Under the pieces are notes generated by a model. It was not told the origin of the DNA, made no database searches, and was given only the letters and a program-made list of their open reading frames with translations. 64,000 nucleotides of DNA from an uncultured Saprospiraceae bacterium (GTDB lineage Bacteria > Bacteroidota > Bacteroidia > Chitinophagales > Saprospiraceae): the NCBI GenBank assembly GCA_964577215.1, contig CAZNYK010000002.1, forward strand, positions 9,093 to 73,092. The letters run 5' to 3'. Each line of letters opens with the position of its first letter. Position 1 is the first letter of the stretch. The position numbers were made by a program, and so were the translations under genes. This document shows positions 9,078 through 18,356 of the stretch, in pieces.

Positions 9078-10574
9078 TCATTCCCCGTACAAAGTCTTTC
9101 CCGCCTCCTCGTACTTATCCCCTTTTTGCCACTGAGGGCGTTGAGAGGCACTTGCAACCAGCCGTGCTGCATGCGCGAAAGTCTGGCAGTACTTCAGCAA
9201 ATAATCCATGTCTACAGCATCCGCTTCATCGGAAGTTTGATGGTAGTACCGGCTCAGTTCTTCATCAAAGGCTGTTACGCCGGGGCTGAGGCAAAGGCTC
9301 GGCACCCCTTTGGCTGCAAAGGACACATTGTCGGAGCGGTCATACAAGCCCTGCTCCGGAACAGGATTGGGCATCACGTCGAGCTTGAAGGCAGCGGCTG
9401 CGGCGGTGATCAACTCGTCCGTGCCGGTTCGCCCGAAGCCTATGGCAGAAACAAATTTCATATCGTTGTACCCTGCCCCGTCAGCATTGAGGTTGTAAAT
9501 AACTTGTTGTAAGGGCACAAGCGGGTGTTCTGCATAGTACTGGCTGCCCAATAGCCCCATTTCCTCCCCGTTACATGCCAGCAGGATGACGGAGCGAGCC
9601 GGCGGCTGTTGCGCCAGCACCCGGGCGGCAAGCAGCAGGGCGGTAGTTCCCATTGCATTATCCCTGGCGCCGTTGAAAATACTGTCTTCGGCAGTAAAAG
9701 CGCCGCCGCCGTCTTTGCCTGTGCCGACGTGATCGAAATGAGCGCTGAGAATTACGTATTCATTTTTTAGCGCGGGGTCAGCGCCTTCGATGAATCCCAC
9801 CACATTGGGAACGTATGTTCTTTCAGTCAGTGTCCCGGAGCTGTTAAAATTGATCTTTTGCGATTGCCCTTTCACTACCGCAGCGACCGGGTCATTACCT
9901 TTTTCTTTGAGCCAGCCGTATGGAATGTTGACGCCGCCCTGGTCGGAGTCATCGGCGAGGCGGGTAGAGGGCCGCCCGAAGTAGTTGAGAGCGAATTGCC
10001 AGGGGAAACCAAGCCGGTACAGCTCGATGAGCGCAACCGCCCCCCGCTCCTGGGCCAGGGCGCGCTTGGTGCGTATGCTGTTGAAAGCCGCCATAGGGCT
10101 GGAGTTGCCTGGAAGGCCTGAAATGGCGAAAACCACCTTGCCCTTTACGTCTATGCCTTCATAATCATCGTGGTTTGAAGCAGCATCTACCCACCCATGC
10201 CCTGCAAATACAGCGGTGGTCTTGATATTTACAGCACCGCCTGACATGATTATAAAATCTTTATTGTGCTCAAACGAGTTTTTCCCGACGGAGAGTGATA
10301 CGGTTTGAGGCGGCGTTACGGTTTCAAGGGGAAAGTGCTGAAAATAATCATCAGCGCCGGATAGGGGTTTAACCCCGAAGGCATTGAAGTAGTCGGCTAT
10401 GTAACGCGCAGCAACAAGATTTCCGGGGGCTCCGGTGCGGCGGCCCTGAAGTTCGTCGGAAGATAAAAACCTCAAATGAGCTTCTACCTCAAAGCGAGGA
10501 GTCCCTGATTCCGGGAATTGTGCCGCTGCGGGCAAGCTCAGCGCTAAGCAACAAAAAAACAGCAGTTTTTTCAT
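9078..10574 (-). CDS. M28 family aminopeptidase with PA domain
   Basis: Signal peptide MKKLLFFCCLALSLPAAAQ, with start set at ATG 10574. M28 metal-binding blocks SAHFDHVG, GARDNAMGTTALL and CNGEEMGLLGSQYY are present. Confidence 0.8.
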   Translation of the reverse strand: MKKLLFFCCLALSLPAAAQFPESGTPRFEVEAHLRFLSSDELQGRRTGAPGNLVAARYIADYFNAFGVKPLSGADDYFQHFPLETVTPPQTVSLSVGKNSFEHNKDFIIMSGGAVNIKTTAVFAGHGWVDAASNHDDYEGIDVKGKVVFAISGLPGNSSPMAAFNSIRTKRALAQERGAVALIELYRLGFPWQFALNYFGRPSTRLADDSDQGGVNIPYGWLKEKGNDPVAAVVKGQSQKINFNSSGTLTERTYVPNVVGFIEGADPALKNEYVILSAHFDHVGTGKDGGGAFTAEDSIFNGARDNAMGTTALLLAARVLAQQPPARSVILLACNGEEMGLLGSQYYAEHPLVPLQQVIYNLNADGAGYNDMKFVSAIGFGRTGTDELITAAAAAFKLDVMPNPVPEQGLYDRSDNVSFAAKGVPSLCLSPGVTAFDEELSRYYHQTSDEADAVDMDYLLKYCQTFAHAARLVASASQRPQWQKGDKYEEAGKTLYGE

Positions 10575-10600
10575 GTCAATGGTATTCAATAGTTTATTTT

Positions 10601-11449
10601 TCAGAATAAAGCCGGTTGTTGTGGAACAGGTTCGCTTTTCCCCGTGGCTTCGGAAAAAGCTGGCGTTTCAGGAGGTAAAAGAGACTTAACCACCCTGAGC
10701 CGGTGTGAATATTTGCGTTTCTCCTCATCGTATATTCCGTAGTGATCGAGTTTATCGATGCGTACTTTGCCGAAAGCATGCAGGATGCGATTTTCGGGAA
10801 AAATAATCCCCGCGTGAAATACACGGCCGAAATTGTTCTCAAAAAAAGCCACATCGCCCGGATTTGCCTGCTCTATGAAATCGACGATACTTCCTTCATA
10901 AACCTGGTTTTCAGCACTTCGGGGCAGCCGGATGCCAACTAATTTATAAGCCATCTGCACCAAACCGGAGCCATCAATACCCAAAGGTGAGCGACCGCCC
11001 CACAGGAAAGGAACATGCAGATACCTGCGTGCCAACTTGAGCAGCATTTCCCTGCCTGGAGCAAAATTGCCCGGGAAAACGACCTGCCCGCTGAAGGTGT
11101 ATTCTGCCTGGCCAAGTTGGAAGCGGATACCGTCATAACCCGGCAATTGGGCGCCGAGGGGAATGGGCAGGAAATGATCGCGGGAAGAAGCGGCCTGCAA
11201 CAGTTCCAAGCTAAGCGCATATTGCGTGCGATAGCCGGTGTACTCAGCAGGAGTGATTTCGAGGAGTTGGTTGGAGGCGGCCCAGCCGACGGTATCGTCC
11301 CACACGCATCGCAATTTGGACCATGCGCGCCCTTTTTCTTCCAGCACCTCTACAACTTCGCCAAACAAAAGCTGCGACACCATCTCGCCGCGCTGAGAAG
11401 GATGAGAACGCAAAGCAATTACGCTAAGAGGACAAACGGCAAAAGTCAT
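10601..11449 (-). CDS. NlpC/P60 (C40) peptidoglycan peptidase with N-terminal SH3-like domain
   Basis: 282 aa. The catalytic block PFLWGGRSPLGIDGSGLVQMAY (the nucleophile position reads GSG rather than the usual DCSG) and GDVAFF...HAGI are typical of the dipeptidyl-peptidase VI-like C40 family. Confidence 0.75.
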   Translation of the reverse strand: MTFAVCPLSVIALRSHPSQRGEMVSQLLFGEVVEVLEEKGRAWSKLRCVWDDTVGWAASNQLLEITPAEYTGYRTQYALSLELLQAASSRDHFLPIPLGAQLPGYDGIRFQLGQAEYTFSGQVVFPGNFAPGREMLLKLARRYLHVPFLWGGRSPLGIDGSGLVQMAYKLVGIRLPRSAENQVYEGSIVDFIEQANPGDVAFFENNFGRVFHAGIIFPENRILHAFGKVRIDKLDHYGIYDEEKRKYSHRLRVVKSLLPPETPAFSEATGKSEPVPQQPALF

Positions 11450-11565
11450 GGCACAAATTGCATGGCTGTTTAACGCTGCTGCAAAACACTTGCAGTGTTA
11501 CCGAAAGACCAAAGATACTAAGTTTTCAAAATTCTCCGTTCTTTTGGGGCTTATTACCACATTAT

Positions 11566-12642
11566 ATGGCTACAATGTCCACATTTAAAAATCTCATCTC
11601 CACATGCGCCCTGGCAATTTTTATCCCATGGAATGCGCTCCACGCTCAAGATCAGCACTTTACTCAGTATTATGCATCTCCGCTTACGCTCAACCCTGCC
11701 CTTGCAGGATCTTTTAGCGGTACTTTCCGGATGTCGTTGATATACCGGGACCAATGGCGCAGCGCCCTGGAAAATCCATATGCCACCTATTCTGCTGCCC
11801 TGGATTACCGCACCGGTCTGAAATTCAAGAAAAAAGTGCTGCGGGACAATATCGGCGTGGGCGTCCTTTTTTACAACGACAGGGTGCCGGAGGTAGGCTT
11901 TTACCACAACCAGGTAAACATCGTAGGAGCATATCACAAATCATTGAATTACAGAAAAAACGAATTCCTTACTTTAGGTGTCCAATGGGGTGTCAACCAG
12001 CGCAATATCAACTATGACAACCTGAGCTTCAACGATCAGTTCAACGGCACCGACGGCTATACCCTGCCGGGAAGGGAAAACTTACCGCGAAACAATTTTG
12101 CTTTCGGGGATTTGGCGGTGGGCATCAATTATACCCTGGCGCCGGATAAAGGCGTCGGCTTATTTGCAGGTGCGGCAATGCACCACATCATGGAGCCGCA
12201 GATAAGCTTTTATCAGTTTGAGGAAATTATTGACGGCGAAAAAGACAACCGCCTGGCCCGGAAGTACACAGCCCACGTGGGCCTGAAAGTGCCTTTGGGC
12301 GAGCGCGTGCAGTTTTTGCCCCGCGCGCTGGTTTACAATCAAGGGCCCCACCTTGCGCTGAATGCCGGAACTAACTTTCGCTTTTTGGTAAGCGAAATCA
12401 GCGGAGCAGCATTGCACTTAGGCACATGGGTGCGACCTGCAAGAGACGAACAGAAAACCATGCGATTGGACGCGTTGATCCTGATGACCGGTTTTGAATT
12501 CCAGAATTTTCTTGTTGGTTTGAGTTATGATGCTACCGTGAGCTATTGGACCACCGCCGGACGCCGCACCGGCGCCTTTGAACTCTCTATCGCATATCTC
12601 GGCGCCTTTGAGAACGAAACGGTGCTTTGCCCTAAGTTCTGA
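11566..12642 (+). CDS. type IX secretion system membrane protein, PorP/SprF family
   Basis: Hallmark N-terminus after the signal peptide: AQDQHFTQYYASPLTLNPALAG. Beta-barrel-like alternating pattern, ending ...ELSIAYLG. Start chosen at ATG 11566; 11575 is also possible. Confidence 0.8.
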   Translation: MATMSTFKNLISTCALAIFIPWNALHAQDQHFTQYYASPLTLNPALAGSFSGTFRMSLIYRDQWRSALENPYATYSAALDYRTGLKFKKKVLRDNIGVGVLFYNDRVPEVGFYHNQVNIVGAYHKSLNYRKNEFLTLGVQWGVNQRNINYDNLSFNDQFNGTDGYTLPGRENLPRNNFAFGDLAVGINYTLAPDKGVGLFAGAAMHHIMEPQISFYQFEEIIDGEKDNRLARKYTAHVGLKVPLGERVQFLPRALVYNQGPHLALNAGTNFRFLVSEISGAALHLGTWVRPARDEQKTMRLDALILMTGFEFQNFLVGLSYDATVSYWTTAGRRTGAFELSIAYLGAFENETVLCPKF

Positions 12643-13794
12643 TCACAGCTCTACGTGCTCCACAATCTCAAGGCCGTAGCCAACCAGCCCTATGCGCCGT
12701 TTGGGGCTTTGAGTCATCAGCCGGATTTGGGTAATGCCGAGATCGCGCAAAATTTGGGCGCCTACGCCGAAGTCGCGCTGGGCCATATCCGGGGAGAACA
12801 CCTGCGATTTGATCTCTTCCTCCGTAAGATGCTGGAGGGACTGTAACTGCGCAAGTATGGCGTCGTTCTTCTCGCTGTGCCGCATGTAAAGCAACACGCC
12901 TTTCCCTTCCTTTCCAATCCGATGGGCGGCTCGTTCCAAAAGTACGCCGTAGTTGCCAAGCAGGAACCCGAGTACATCTCCGGTTTCAGCCGTGGAATGG
13001 ACGCGCACCAGTACGGGTTCATCAGGCCTCCAGTTGCCCATGCAAAAGGCCAGGTGGAGGTCGCCGGTTGTGATCTGCCGGAACGCATGTACCGAAAACG
13101 TTCCAAACCTTGTATGCACCGGCACTTCCATCTCTTTGCGGATGAGGCGCTCTGTGCGCATTCGATACTCTACCAGGTCCTTGATGGAGATGATCTTGAG
13201 ATTGAATTTTTTGGCGATCTCGTACAATTGAGGCAGGCGGGCCATGGTGCCATCCTCATTCAGTATCTCCACCAAAACGCCGGCAGGAAAAAAGCCTGCC
13301 AGGCGAGCCAGGTCAATGGCAGCCTCCGTGTGGCCGGTTCGGCGCAACACGCCGCCTGTTTTAGCCCTCAGGGGGAAAATGTGGCCGGGTCTGGCAAAAT
13401 CGGCGGCCCTGATACCGGGATCGAGCATCGCACGGATACCTGTGGCGCGATCGTATGCCGAGATGCCGGTAGTACAGCCACGCCCAATGAGGTCAATGGA
13501 AACAGTAAAAGCTGTTTCGTGCAGAGCTGTATTATTGGACACCATGAGGTCGAGCCCCAGTTCGTCGGCCCGTTTCTCAATAATAGGCGTACAAATAAGC
13601 CCTCTCCCGTGAGTAGCCATAAAATTGATGATCTCAGGGGTGACGCACTCAGCGGCACATATAAAATCGCCTTCGTTCTCCCGGTCTTCGTCGTCCACTA
13701 CGATGATTACCTTGCCTGCGCGAATTTCTTCGACAGCCTCCTCAATGGTATTGAGCCGTACAGGCTCAGTGGCGTTTGGTAGGTTCCCAGACAT
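12643..13794 (-). CDS. ribB: 3,4-dihydroxy-2-butanone-4-phosphate synthase (RibB) fused to a degenerate GTP cyclohydrolase II-like domain
   Basis: The N-terminal domain has VVDDEDRENEGDF and TGHTEA motifs. The C-terminal domain aligns with RibA but reads VRVHSTAETGD...LLGNYG where E. coli RibA has HSECLTGD...RCDCG. Confidence 0.85.
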   Translation of the reverse strand: MSGNLPNATEPVRLNTIEEAVEEIRAGKVIIVVDDEDRENEGDFICAAECVTPEIINFMATHGRGLICTPIIEKRADELGLDLMVSNNTALHETAFTVSIDLIGRGCTTGISAYDRATGIRAMLDPGIRAADFARPGHIFPLRAKTGGVLRRTGHTEAAIDLARLAGFFPAGVLVEILNEDGTMARLPQLYEIAKKFNLKIISIKDLVEYRMRTERLIRKEMEVPVHTRFGTFSVHAFRQITTGDLHLAFCMGNWRPDEPVLVRVHSTAETGDVLGFLLGNYGVLLERAAHRIGKEGKGVLLYMRHSEKNDAILAQLQSLQHLTEEEIKSQVFSPDMAQRDFGVGAQILRDLGITQIRLMTQSPKRRIGLVGYGLEIVEHVEL

Positions 13795-14968
13795 TGCTTC
13801 TAATTCCTTTTACAAATCGAAAAAAACCCTGGAGCAGAGCCAGGTTCATCAGCATAAAATAGCGCACATTTCTCAAAATCATACAGTTGGCCCCAAAGCG
13901 TTTCAGCAGTAAATCCGCCAAGGGCATCAATATGGCCGGCGCGATGACGCAAAGGAACAAAAAACGGTATAAGAAGTTCCCGTTCCATGCGGCAATTGCT
14001 CCTGACAAGGTCATAGCTGCCAGAAAAAAGGGGCCCAGCCAGCGTAAAATTTTGTGCGAAAAGAATGCAAAGCCCAATGGGGTGATGGGGGGCCACCACA
14101 GCCTGCGAAATAATGCCATATTTTGGAAGTTCCCCGCGGAAATGCGCGCCTTGCGCCGGTATTCTTCCCGCCAATCGTGCGATACGGGCTCATGGCATAA
14201 AGCTTCCGGTTCGTTGATGGCCAGGGCGCCTCGCTCAAATACTTTCATGGTTATGAAGAAATCATCGACTAAAAAATTGGCGGGCACCTGATTGAAATAA
14301 TCGGATCTTAGCATATAGCACCCCCCAAAAGGACCGATCATTTTCCGCCAGACGATGCTTTCCAGGAGCTTTACCTGCACCTCCCTGGAAATATACCGGT
14401 CTTCTGACCTGGAAATGCCTTGCTCCTCCAGGCCCGTGTGCTCCATAAAAGCATCCACCACTGCTATATCCGGATTGCGGAAGTGCTTTGCCAGGTGGAA
14501 AGTAACGCCCCTGCTGAGCATGACGCTGGCGTCGGTAATGAGCAATATGTGTCCGGGGCCAGGCGGATGATGCTGCAAGGCGATGTCAACTAAGTGGTTG
14601 ATCACTCCGGGCTTGCCGCGGCGCATGGAAAAGGGAAAGAAAAACACCCCGGGTTTGCCGTTTGTCATTGCCGCTACAATGGTGTTGGTTTGATCAGAAG
14701 ACCCGTCCGAACCAATGAAGATCAATCGCTTATCTGCTGGGTAATTTTGGCAAAACAGGGTTTTCAGTTTTTGCGCTACGACTTTTTCCTCGTTATATAA
14801 GGACATAATAACTGAGACAAAAGGCAGGTCTTCTTCACGGGAAAATACCTCGGTGTTGTTCGTCTTCCCCTTGGCCAGGATGCGCAAGATCAAAGGATAG
14901 ATCAGGTAAGAATGCACCAGGGCGAACAGAGCCAGAAAAAATAAAATTACTGCGGCTGTATGGATCAT
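13766..14968 (-). CDS. family 2 glycosyltransferase (membrane-bound, processive-type topology)
   Basis: N-terminal TM, then VSVIMSLYNEE (GT2 start), DGSSD and ITDAS acidic motifs, and C-terminal TM helices. ATG at 14968; the track's TTG at 14983 is an alternative. The 3' end overlaps the ribB start by 29 nt. Confidence 0.8.
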   Translation of the reverse strand: MIHTAAVILFFLALFALVHSYLIYPLILRILAKGKTNNTEVFSREEDLPFVSVIMSLYNEEKVVAQKLKTLFCQNYPADKRLIFIGSDGSSDQTNTIVAAMTNGKPGVFFFPFSMRRGKPGVINHLVDIALQHHPPGPGHILLITDASVMLSRGVTFHLAKHFRNPDIAVVDAFMEHTGLEEQGISRSEDRYISREVQVKLLESIVWRKMIGPFGGCYMLRSDYFNQVPANFLVDDFFITMKVFERGALAINEPEALCHEPVSHDWREEYRRKARISAGNFQNMALFRRLWWPPITPLGFAFFSHKILRWLGPFFLAAMTLSGAIAAWNGNFLYRFLFLCVIAPAILMPLADLLLKRFGANCMILRNVRYFMLMNLALLQGFFRFVKGIRSNVWEPTKRH

Positions 14969-14979
14969 GGCGCTGCGCT

Positions 14980-16197
14980 TCAAACCTTCACGGAATCCAC
15001 CAAGAGCGCAGCGTAAGTTTCCATGAGATTTTTTCCGATTTCATGGCTTTCGAAGTGCCGTCCGACGAATTCAACCGCCCTGCGCCCTATCTGTTCCAAG
15101 CGGCCGTTTTGCTGGTGACAATACCGGAGCGCTTCCACAAACTCCTGGGCTGAATCGGCAATCAAAACTTCCCGCTTATGGCGGGCGGGAATTCCCTCCA
15201 GGCCTATGGTGGTAGTGACCACAACCTTTCCCAGAGCCATAGCCTCCAGTATTTTCGCCCTCATGCCGCTACCGGACAATAAAGGCACCACCATGACGCT
15301 GTGCTGGTTGATAAAACGGGAGGCACTACCTACTTCACCCACAAATGTGATATTGCGTTGCCTGATTTGCCGTATCCATTGCGGAGCGTTGCGCCCTGCA
15401 ATATGCAGCCTCAAACCCGCATGACGACGGCGCAACTGGCCCCACACCTCATCCAAAAACCATTTTACGCCTTCCACATTGGGAGTCCAGTCTAAGGAAC
15501 CGATGAAAGAAATGCTCACATCCTTCCGGTAACTGCGGAAATCGGGTTTGTAATCCCTCAGGTCAACGCCTATCGGTACCACCACCGAGGCGTTGGCATA
15601 ACCCATCTCGACAAAGCGGTCTAAGTCCCGGCGGGAAATAGCCGCCAGCAGATCGTATTCGTTGAGATGCTGAACTTCAAATTGTTTCAGCTTTTTGGTC
15701 AAGTGATTAAGGTATGCCTTTTTGAGCGGGAACTGCGTATTTTGAACCACCCGCTCCCATATCTCGTGCTCCACGTTGTGGGCGCGCATTGCAATGAGCG
15801 CATTGGAGTATTTGCGGATGACGGGGATGTAGGGCGAAAGGTATAATGTTTCCAACTGCACGACGTCGAAATCCTCTTCCTGGAGCAGGTGGATAAGCCT
15901 GGACTCAAAGGTCTTGGAAATAAAGCGGGAAACGTGGTAAGATTCAGTAGAAAACAGGTTTAAAAAGGCATCCCAGGCCTTGATGCGGTTATCGACGCAC
16001 ACAGAGTGTATTTCTTTGTAGTGCTCCAGTTCCTTCGGCACCCCGCTGATCTCTACAAAATGTTTACTTGTATTCATAGCCAGGAGGGTGACCTCCCCCC
16101 CTACCCCGCTCAACGCCTTGCTCAGCCCGGTAACGGCAATGGATTCGCCATCTTTCAGGGGGTAGGGAAATTTTTTACACAGTTGAAGTATCCTCAT
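14980..16197 (-). CDS. family 4 glycosyltransferase (GT-B, Glycos_transf_1)
   Basis: MRILQLCKKFPYPLKDGESI N-terminus. The C-terminal block VVPLLSGSGMRAKILEAMALGKVVVTT matches the E(x7)E region of GT4 enzymes. Stop lies 11 nt upstream of the GT2 ATG. Confidence 0.8.
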   Translation of the reverse strand: MRILQLCKKFPYPLKDGESIAVTGLSKALSGVGGEVTLLAMNTSKHFVEISGVPKELEHYKEIHSVCVDNRIKAWDAFLNLFSTESYHVSRFISKTFESRLIHLLQEEDFDVVQLETLYLSPYIPVIRKYSNALIAMRAHNVEHEIWERVVQNTQFPLKKAYLNHLTKKLKQFEVQHLNEYDLLAAISRRDLDRFVEMGYANASVVVPIGVDLRDYKPDFRSYRKDVSISFIGSLDWTPNVEGVKWFLDEVWGQLRRRHAGLRLHIAGRNAPQWIRQIRQRNITFVGEVGSASRFINQHSVMVVPLLSGSGMRAKILEAMALGKVVVTTTIGLEGIPARHKREVLIADSAQEFVEALRYCHQQNGRLEQIGRRAVEFVGRHFESHEIGKNLMETYAALLVDSVKV

Positions 16198-16351
16198 CAG
16201 GTTGGATTGCAGGGAGCAAAATTAAACGTTTGTTCCGCTTTTTTTACCCGGAGAGGACTTTTCAGAGCATGAACCTTCCTGAAGCGGACTAATGGCAAAC
16301 GTTTTTTTATAAACAAAATTGGAAGAAAATTTAGTCTGAGTAAAATAATAT

Positions 16352-16386
16352 TACAAAAATAACCGGACAGGTCTGACCTGCCCGGT
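16352..16386 (-). terminator. rho-independent terminator downstream of the M1 peptidase gene
   Basis: Minus strand reads ACCGGGCAGG-TCAGA-CCTGTCCGGT (10 bp with one G-U) followed by TATTTTTGTAA. It lies 23 nt after the stop at 16409. Confidence 0.6.
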
Positions 16387-16408
16387 ATCTGCCTCTTGGC
16401 TGCCGGCC

Positions 16409-18277
16409 TTACTTTCCCGTCAATTCATTATTACCGCGTACGACATCTGCCATGCGGCCCGAGGGATCAATCACGATTTTGGCAATGTCTGCATGTTTCA
16501 CCGGAATAGTAAAAGTATAGGCAGGTTTTACCCAGGGCCAAGGCTCCAGCGTGGCAAATTCGCCGAATATGGCATCGGCACTCTTGCCGCCCCGCATCAT
16601 GCACAAAGGAATGTGAAAACGTTGTTTACTGCCGTCGCGCAGTGTGATCTCCACATCCACCGGCATCGGCATGGCCCCTGCCCTCTCCAGGGTAACGGAG
16701 GTGTTTGCTCTTCCGGAGTGATCAAAAGACTTTACCCTGTAGTCGATACTATGAGTGGAATACACGAAATAATCCAAATACCAATCCAGCTCCAGTCCGG
16801 ATACTCTCTCCATTATGCGGATGAAGTCCTTATCGTCAGGGTGCTTGAATTTCCAATCTTCATAATAGCGCAGCAATCCGGCATCCAGCGCCGCCGGCCC
16901 AATGACGTAGGCCAACTGAGCCAGGAATACCGCGCCCTTATTGTAGCTGCCAACCCCGTAGGCTGTGTTGCTTTGAAAATGATCGGAGGGAGTGCTCAAC
17001 GCCTCTTCCCAGGAGGTTTTGGCGAAATTGATATAACCCTGGTAATCCGGCCACTGCGGAAAAGCTACCGGGCTTCTTCCCTGTAAAAGGCTCTCGCCTG
17101 CCAGGAAATTCATCACGTCGGCGGAGGCATAGTTTACAAATCCTTCGTCCATCCAGGCATAACGGGCCTCATTGGTGCCCAGTATCATAGGATACCAACT
17201 GTGCATCAACTCGTGCACAGACACCCCCACGAGGCTGTTGAGCGGCCGGTGCCCGGTGATGAGCGTAGCCATAGGATATTCCATGCCCCCGTCGCCGCCC
17301 TGTATGAAGGCGTATTCCGGGTAAGGATACTTCCCAAACCGGGCGTTGATGTAGTCGAACGCGCGGTCCATGATCGCCGGCAGCTTTTCCCATGCCTCCG
17401 TCCTTTCGCCGGGCTGGTAAAAAAAGCGGAGCACCGTGCCGTCGGCACGGGTCAGCGTGGTGTGCTTATAGTCGGGGTCGGCAGCCCATACAAAGTCATT
17501 GACATTGCCGGCTTTGAAGTGCCAGGTCAATTTGCGCGCACCGGATACCGGCCCGGGGCCCTTTCCGAAATAGCCGTGACCTGTACTATCCGGGTTTTGC
17601 AGCACTCCCGTGGCAGCCACCACAAACCGGGCATCTATGGATATGCGCACATCAAAATCGCCGAAAGTGCCGTAGAATTCTCTTCCGATATAATCGTCGG
17701 GGTGCCAGCCATGGCGGTCATAAGCGCAGATTTTGGGATACCACTGCGCCATGGAATAATCAATTCCCTCTGAATTGTTCCTGCCGTTGCGCCGGATTTG
17801 GAGCGGCACCTGCGATTCAAATTCCATTTGGAACTGAGCCTTTTGGCCGGGCAATACAGGGTTGGAGAGTTTGACCTCCAATATGGTTCCCTGTACCTTA
17901 ATGGATGCCGCCGGCGCCCCATCGTGCAGAAAGGTATTGACTTTAGTATAACCGGTTTCTCCCGGTTTGAGCCTGGTAATTCGATCAGCAATGCGCGAAT
18001 CCGGATCGGCGATATGCATAGAGCGCATTTCCATCATACTGCCCGGCTGAAAGGCATTGAGGTACAAATGATAAAACACCCGGTGCAAGGTGTCGGGAGA
18101 ATTATTGTAATACGTGAGCTGCTGAACGCCCTGGAACCGGTGCCTGCTCACATCAAAATCAATTTCCATTTGATATTCCACCCGCTGCTGCCAATAGCCG
18201 GAGCCGGGTTGGGCCGAAGCGATACATAGCCATGAAAAAAATGCGACCGGCAGAGAAAGAATGCGACTGTAGGGCAT
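16409..18277 (-). CDS. M1 family metallopeptidase, secreted
   Basis: Signal peptide MPYSRILSLPVAFFSWLCIASAQ. Zinc motif VHELMHSWY plus the downstream WMDEGF glutamate. Confidence 0.85.
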   Translation of the reverse strand: MPYSRILSLPVAFFSWLCIASAQPGSGYWQQRVEYQMEIDFDVSRHRFQGVQQLTYYNNSPDTLHRVFYHLYLNAFQPGSMMEMRSMHIADPDSRIADRITRLKPGETGYTKVNTFLHDGAPAASIKVQGTILEVKLSNPVLPGQKAQFQMEFESQVPLQIRRNGRNNSEGIDYSMAQWYPKICAYDRHGWHPDDYIGREFYGTFGDFDVRISIDARFVVAATGVLQNPDSTGHGYFGKGPGPVSGARKLTWHFKAGNVNDFVWAADPDYKHTTLTRADGTVLRFFYQPGERTEAWEKLPAIMDRAFDYINARFGKYPYPEYAFIQGGDGGMEYPMATLITGHRPLNSLVGVSVHELMHSWYPMILGTNEARYAWMDEGFVNYASADVMNFLAGESLLQGRSPVAFPQWPDYQGYINFAKTSWEEALSTPSDHFQSNTAYGVGSYNKGAVFLAQLAYVIGPAALDAGLLRYYEDWKFKHPDDKDFIRIMERVSGLELDWYLDYFVYSTHSIDYRVKSFDHSGRANTSVTLERAGAMPMPVDVEITLRDGSKQRFHIPLCMMRGGKSADAIFGEFATLEPWPWVKPAYTFTIPVKHADIAKIVIDPSGRMADVVRGNNELTGK

Positions 18278-18356
18278 CGATACTGGATTTATTTGAAGCT
18301 ATGGTCTTTACCTTTCCGTGGGTTCATCCGGCAACTGAAGTCGCCGGTACAGAGGC

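Noticed and set aside
12877-13782. 301-aa + strand ORF antisense to ribB
   Set aside because: Same reasoning. It overlaps a well-supported gene and has no motifs.
13766-13900. FMN (RFN) riboswitch upstream of ribB
   Set aside because: The ribB start overlaps the preceding GT2 gene, so there is no spacer, and no RFN-like conserved stems were seen.
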